A stretch of 63,853 nucleotides of DNA, counting the filler, from Chiloscyllium plagiosum (taxonomy: Eukaryota): NCBI RefSeq assembly GCF_004010195.1. It is 5 parts of 2 records of this genome, joined end to end, with 100 filler letters (N's around TTAATTAATTAA, not from the genome) between each part and the next. Parts side by side here need not be neighbours in the genome. Positions count along the whole stretch, not along the records: positions 61,223 to 63,853 come from NC_057711.1; 4 more parts are not named here. One strand, written 5' to 3'. Both the position numbers and the translations under genes were made by a program. Every line of letters begins with the position of its first letter. Within the stretch, counting starts at the first letter, position 1. The notes below the pieces were generated by a model that ran no database searches, was not told the origin of the DNA, and saw only the letters and a list, made by a program, of their open reading frames with translations. Positions 61,790-63,853 of the stretch are shown in pieces.

Positions 61790-62965
61790 TAGAACATCGA
61801 ACAATACAGCGCAGAACAGGCCCTTTGGCCCTTGGTGTTGCGCTGACCTGTGAACTAATCTAAGCCCATCAATCTACGCTCTCCCATTGTCATCCATATG
61901 CTTATCCAAGAACTGTATAAATGCTTCTAACTTAAATACATTGGCAAGCAGGGCATTCCACGCCCTTACCACACTCTGAGTAAAGAACCTGCCTCTGACA
62001 TCTGTCTTAAATCTATCACTCCTCAATTTACAGCTATGCCCCCTCGTACAAGCAGATGTTATCATCCTAGGGAAAAGAGTCTCACTGTCCACCTTATCTA
62101 ATACTCTAATCATCTTGTATGTCTCTATTAAATCCCCTCTTAGCCATCTTCTCTCCAATGAGAACAGATCTAAGTCCCTCAGCCTTTCCTCATAAGACCT
62201 TCACTTCAGACCAGGTAACATCCTGGCAAATCTTTACCAATGCTTCCACATCCTTCCTGTAAAGGGGCGACCAGAACTGTACACAATATCCCAAGTGAGG
62301 CCACACTAGCATTTTGTATAGTTGCAGCATGACATCACAGCTCAGGAACTCAATCCCTCTACCAATAAAACCTAAACACTGTATGCCTTCTTAACAGCAC
62401 TGTCAACCTGAGTGAAAACGGATGAGGAATATTCGTTTAGCACCTCTCCAATCTCCACAGGGTCCACACGCAACTTCCCACTTCTGTCTTTGGCCCCATC
62501 CTTCCCTCGTCATCCTTTTATTCCTCTCATATCTGTAGAAAGCTTTAGGGTTCTCCTTTATTCTACCTGCTAAAGACTGCTCATGTCCCCTCCTTCACCT
62601 TCTTAACACTCTCTCTTTAAGTTCTTCCTAGCTAATCTGTAACTCTCCATCCCCTCATCTGAATCAACTTGTCTCAACATCACATAAGCCTCCCTCTTCT
62701 GCTTAACAAGAGATACAATTTCTGTAGTAAACCGCGGTTCCCTTACCTTTTCGCTTCCTCCTTACCTGACAGGGACATACCTGTCAAAGACACGTAACAT
62801 CTGTTCCTTAAACCAGGTCCATGTTTCCCTTCTGCCAGTAACCCTTGATTCCCTTTCTGCCCTTATCTATCTCGGTCTCAAATTTACTCAGTGACTTGGC
62901 CTCCCCAGTCTGCTGCAGAAATGAGTTCCACAGATTCACCATGCTCTGGCTGAAGAAATTCCTCC
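61790..62965 (-). mobile_element. CR1 LINE fragments (3' end and internal pieces)
   Basis: ORF 61874..62158 (LRGDLIETYKMI...FFTQSVVRAWNAL); further CR1 pieces out to ~62965. Confidence 0.85.
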
Positions 62966-63853
62966 TCGTCCTCGTCCTCGTCCTCCCCGGTCTAAAACGT
63001 CGTCCTCATCCTCCCCGTTCTAAATCCTCGTCCTCATCCTCGTCCTCCTCCCCGTTCTGAAGCCTCGGCCTCGTCCTCCTCCCCGTTCTGAAGCCTCGGC
63101 CTCGTCCTCCTCCCCGTTCTGAAGCCTCAGCCTCGTCCTCCTCCCCGTTCTGAAGCCTCGGCCTCCTAAACCCTCGGCCTCTTCCTCCTCCTAATCCTCC
63201 TCCCCGTTCTAAAACCTCGACTTCCTCCCCGTTTTCTAAACCCTGGGCCTCGTCCTCCTCTCCGTTCTAAACCCTCGTCCTCCTCCCTGTTCTAAACGCT
63301 TGGCCTTGTCTTCGTCCTCATCCTCATCCTCTTCCCCGTTCTAAAACCTCGTCCTCTTCCCTGTTCTAAACCCTTGGCCTCGTCCTCATCCTCCTCCCTG
63401 TTCTAAACCCTCGGCCTCGTCCTCCTCCCCGTTCTAAACCCTCGGCCTCGTCCTCCTCCCCGTTCTAAACCCTCGGCCTCTTCCTCCACCCCGTTCTGAA
63501 GCCTCGGCCTCGTCGTCCACCCCGTTCTGAAGCCTCGTCCTCCTCATCCTCCTCCCCGTTCTGAAGCCTCGGCCTCGTCCTCCTCATCCTCCTCCCTGTT
63601 CTAAAACTTCGGCCTCGTCCTCCTCCCCATTCTAAAACCTCGGCCTCGTCCTCCTCCCCGTTCTGAAGCCTCGGCCTCATCCTCCTCTCCGTTCTAAACC
63701 CTCGGCCTCGTCCTCGTTCTAAACCCTTGGCCTCGTCCTCGTCCTCCTCCCCATTCTAAACCCTCGGCCTCCTCCCCGTCCTCGTCCCCGTCCTCGTCCT
63801 CGTCGTCCTCCCCGTTCTGAAGCCTCGGCCTCGTCCTCCTCCCCGTTCTGAAG
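62961..63853. repeat. Pyrimidine-rich, CpG-rich minisatellite (~31-bp unit), runs off the window end
   Basis: Unit AGCCTCGGCCTCGTCCTCCTCCCCGTTCTGA (variant ...GTTCTAAACCCTCGG...) with variable numbers of CCTCGT/CCT subunits. Confidence 0.95.

Noticed and set aside
63465..63680. Arg/Glu-rich ORF
   Set aside because: Translation of the minisatellite; no sign of real coding.
62961..63853. CRISPR-like array
   Set aside because: Head-to-tail tandem units with no unique spacers, in a eukaryotic context.

Overview
Repeat-dominated, AT-rich vertebrate genomic DNA, almost certainly from a shark or other elasmobranch (many HE1/V-SINE copies and CR1/HER1-type LINEs). I could not identify any host protein-coding exon; nearly every ORF in the track is a decayed retroelement fragment. 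The assembly has one 500-N gap and four 100-bp N/TTAATTAATTAA/N joins, so adjacency across those points is uncertain. Main contents: (1) a degraded endogenous retrovirus on the minus strand (~54.3-60.2 kb) with the protease C-terminus, RT (YVDD), tether, RNase H, integrase, a gamma-type env (CWVC, immunosuppressive domain, CX6CC-like), a PPT and a short 3' LTR candidate. Two HE1 SINEs split its integrase and a CR1 cuts off its 5' side; gag and the 5' LTR are not visible. (2) A Penelope-like element (~40.1-42.0 kb) containing a tRNA-Leu(CAG) copy fused to a CR1 3' tail, i.e. a proto-SINE-like chimera. (3) Several short Penelope termini with minimal hammerhead-ribozyme cores; two hairpin copies have 14-16 bp target-site duplications. 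(4) The 5' end of an apparently young L1, a LINE family with a SINE-like head, a Tigger-like MITE, two templated insertions, and a CpG-rich ~31-bp minisatellite that appears to grow out of CR1 sequence. Repeat boundaries were judged by eye and are approximate; family names come from recalled motifs, not database searches.
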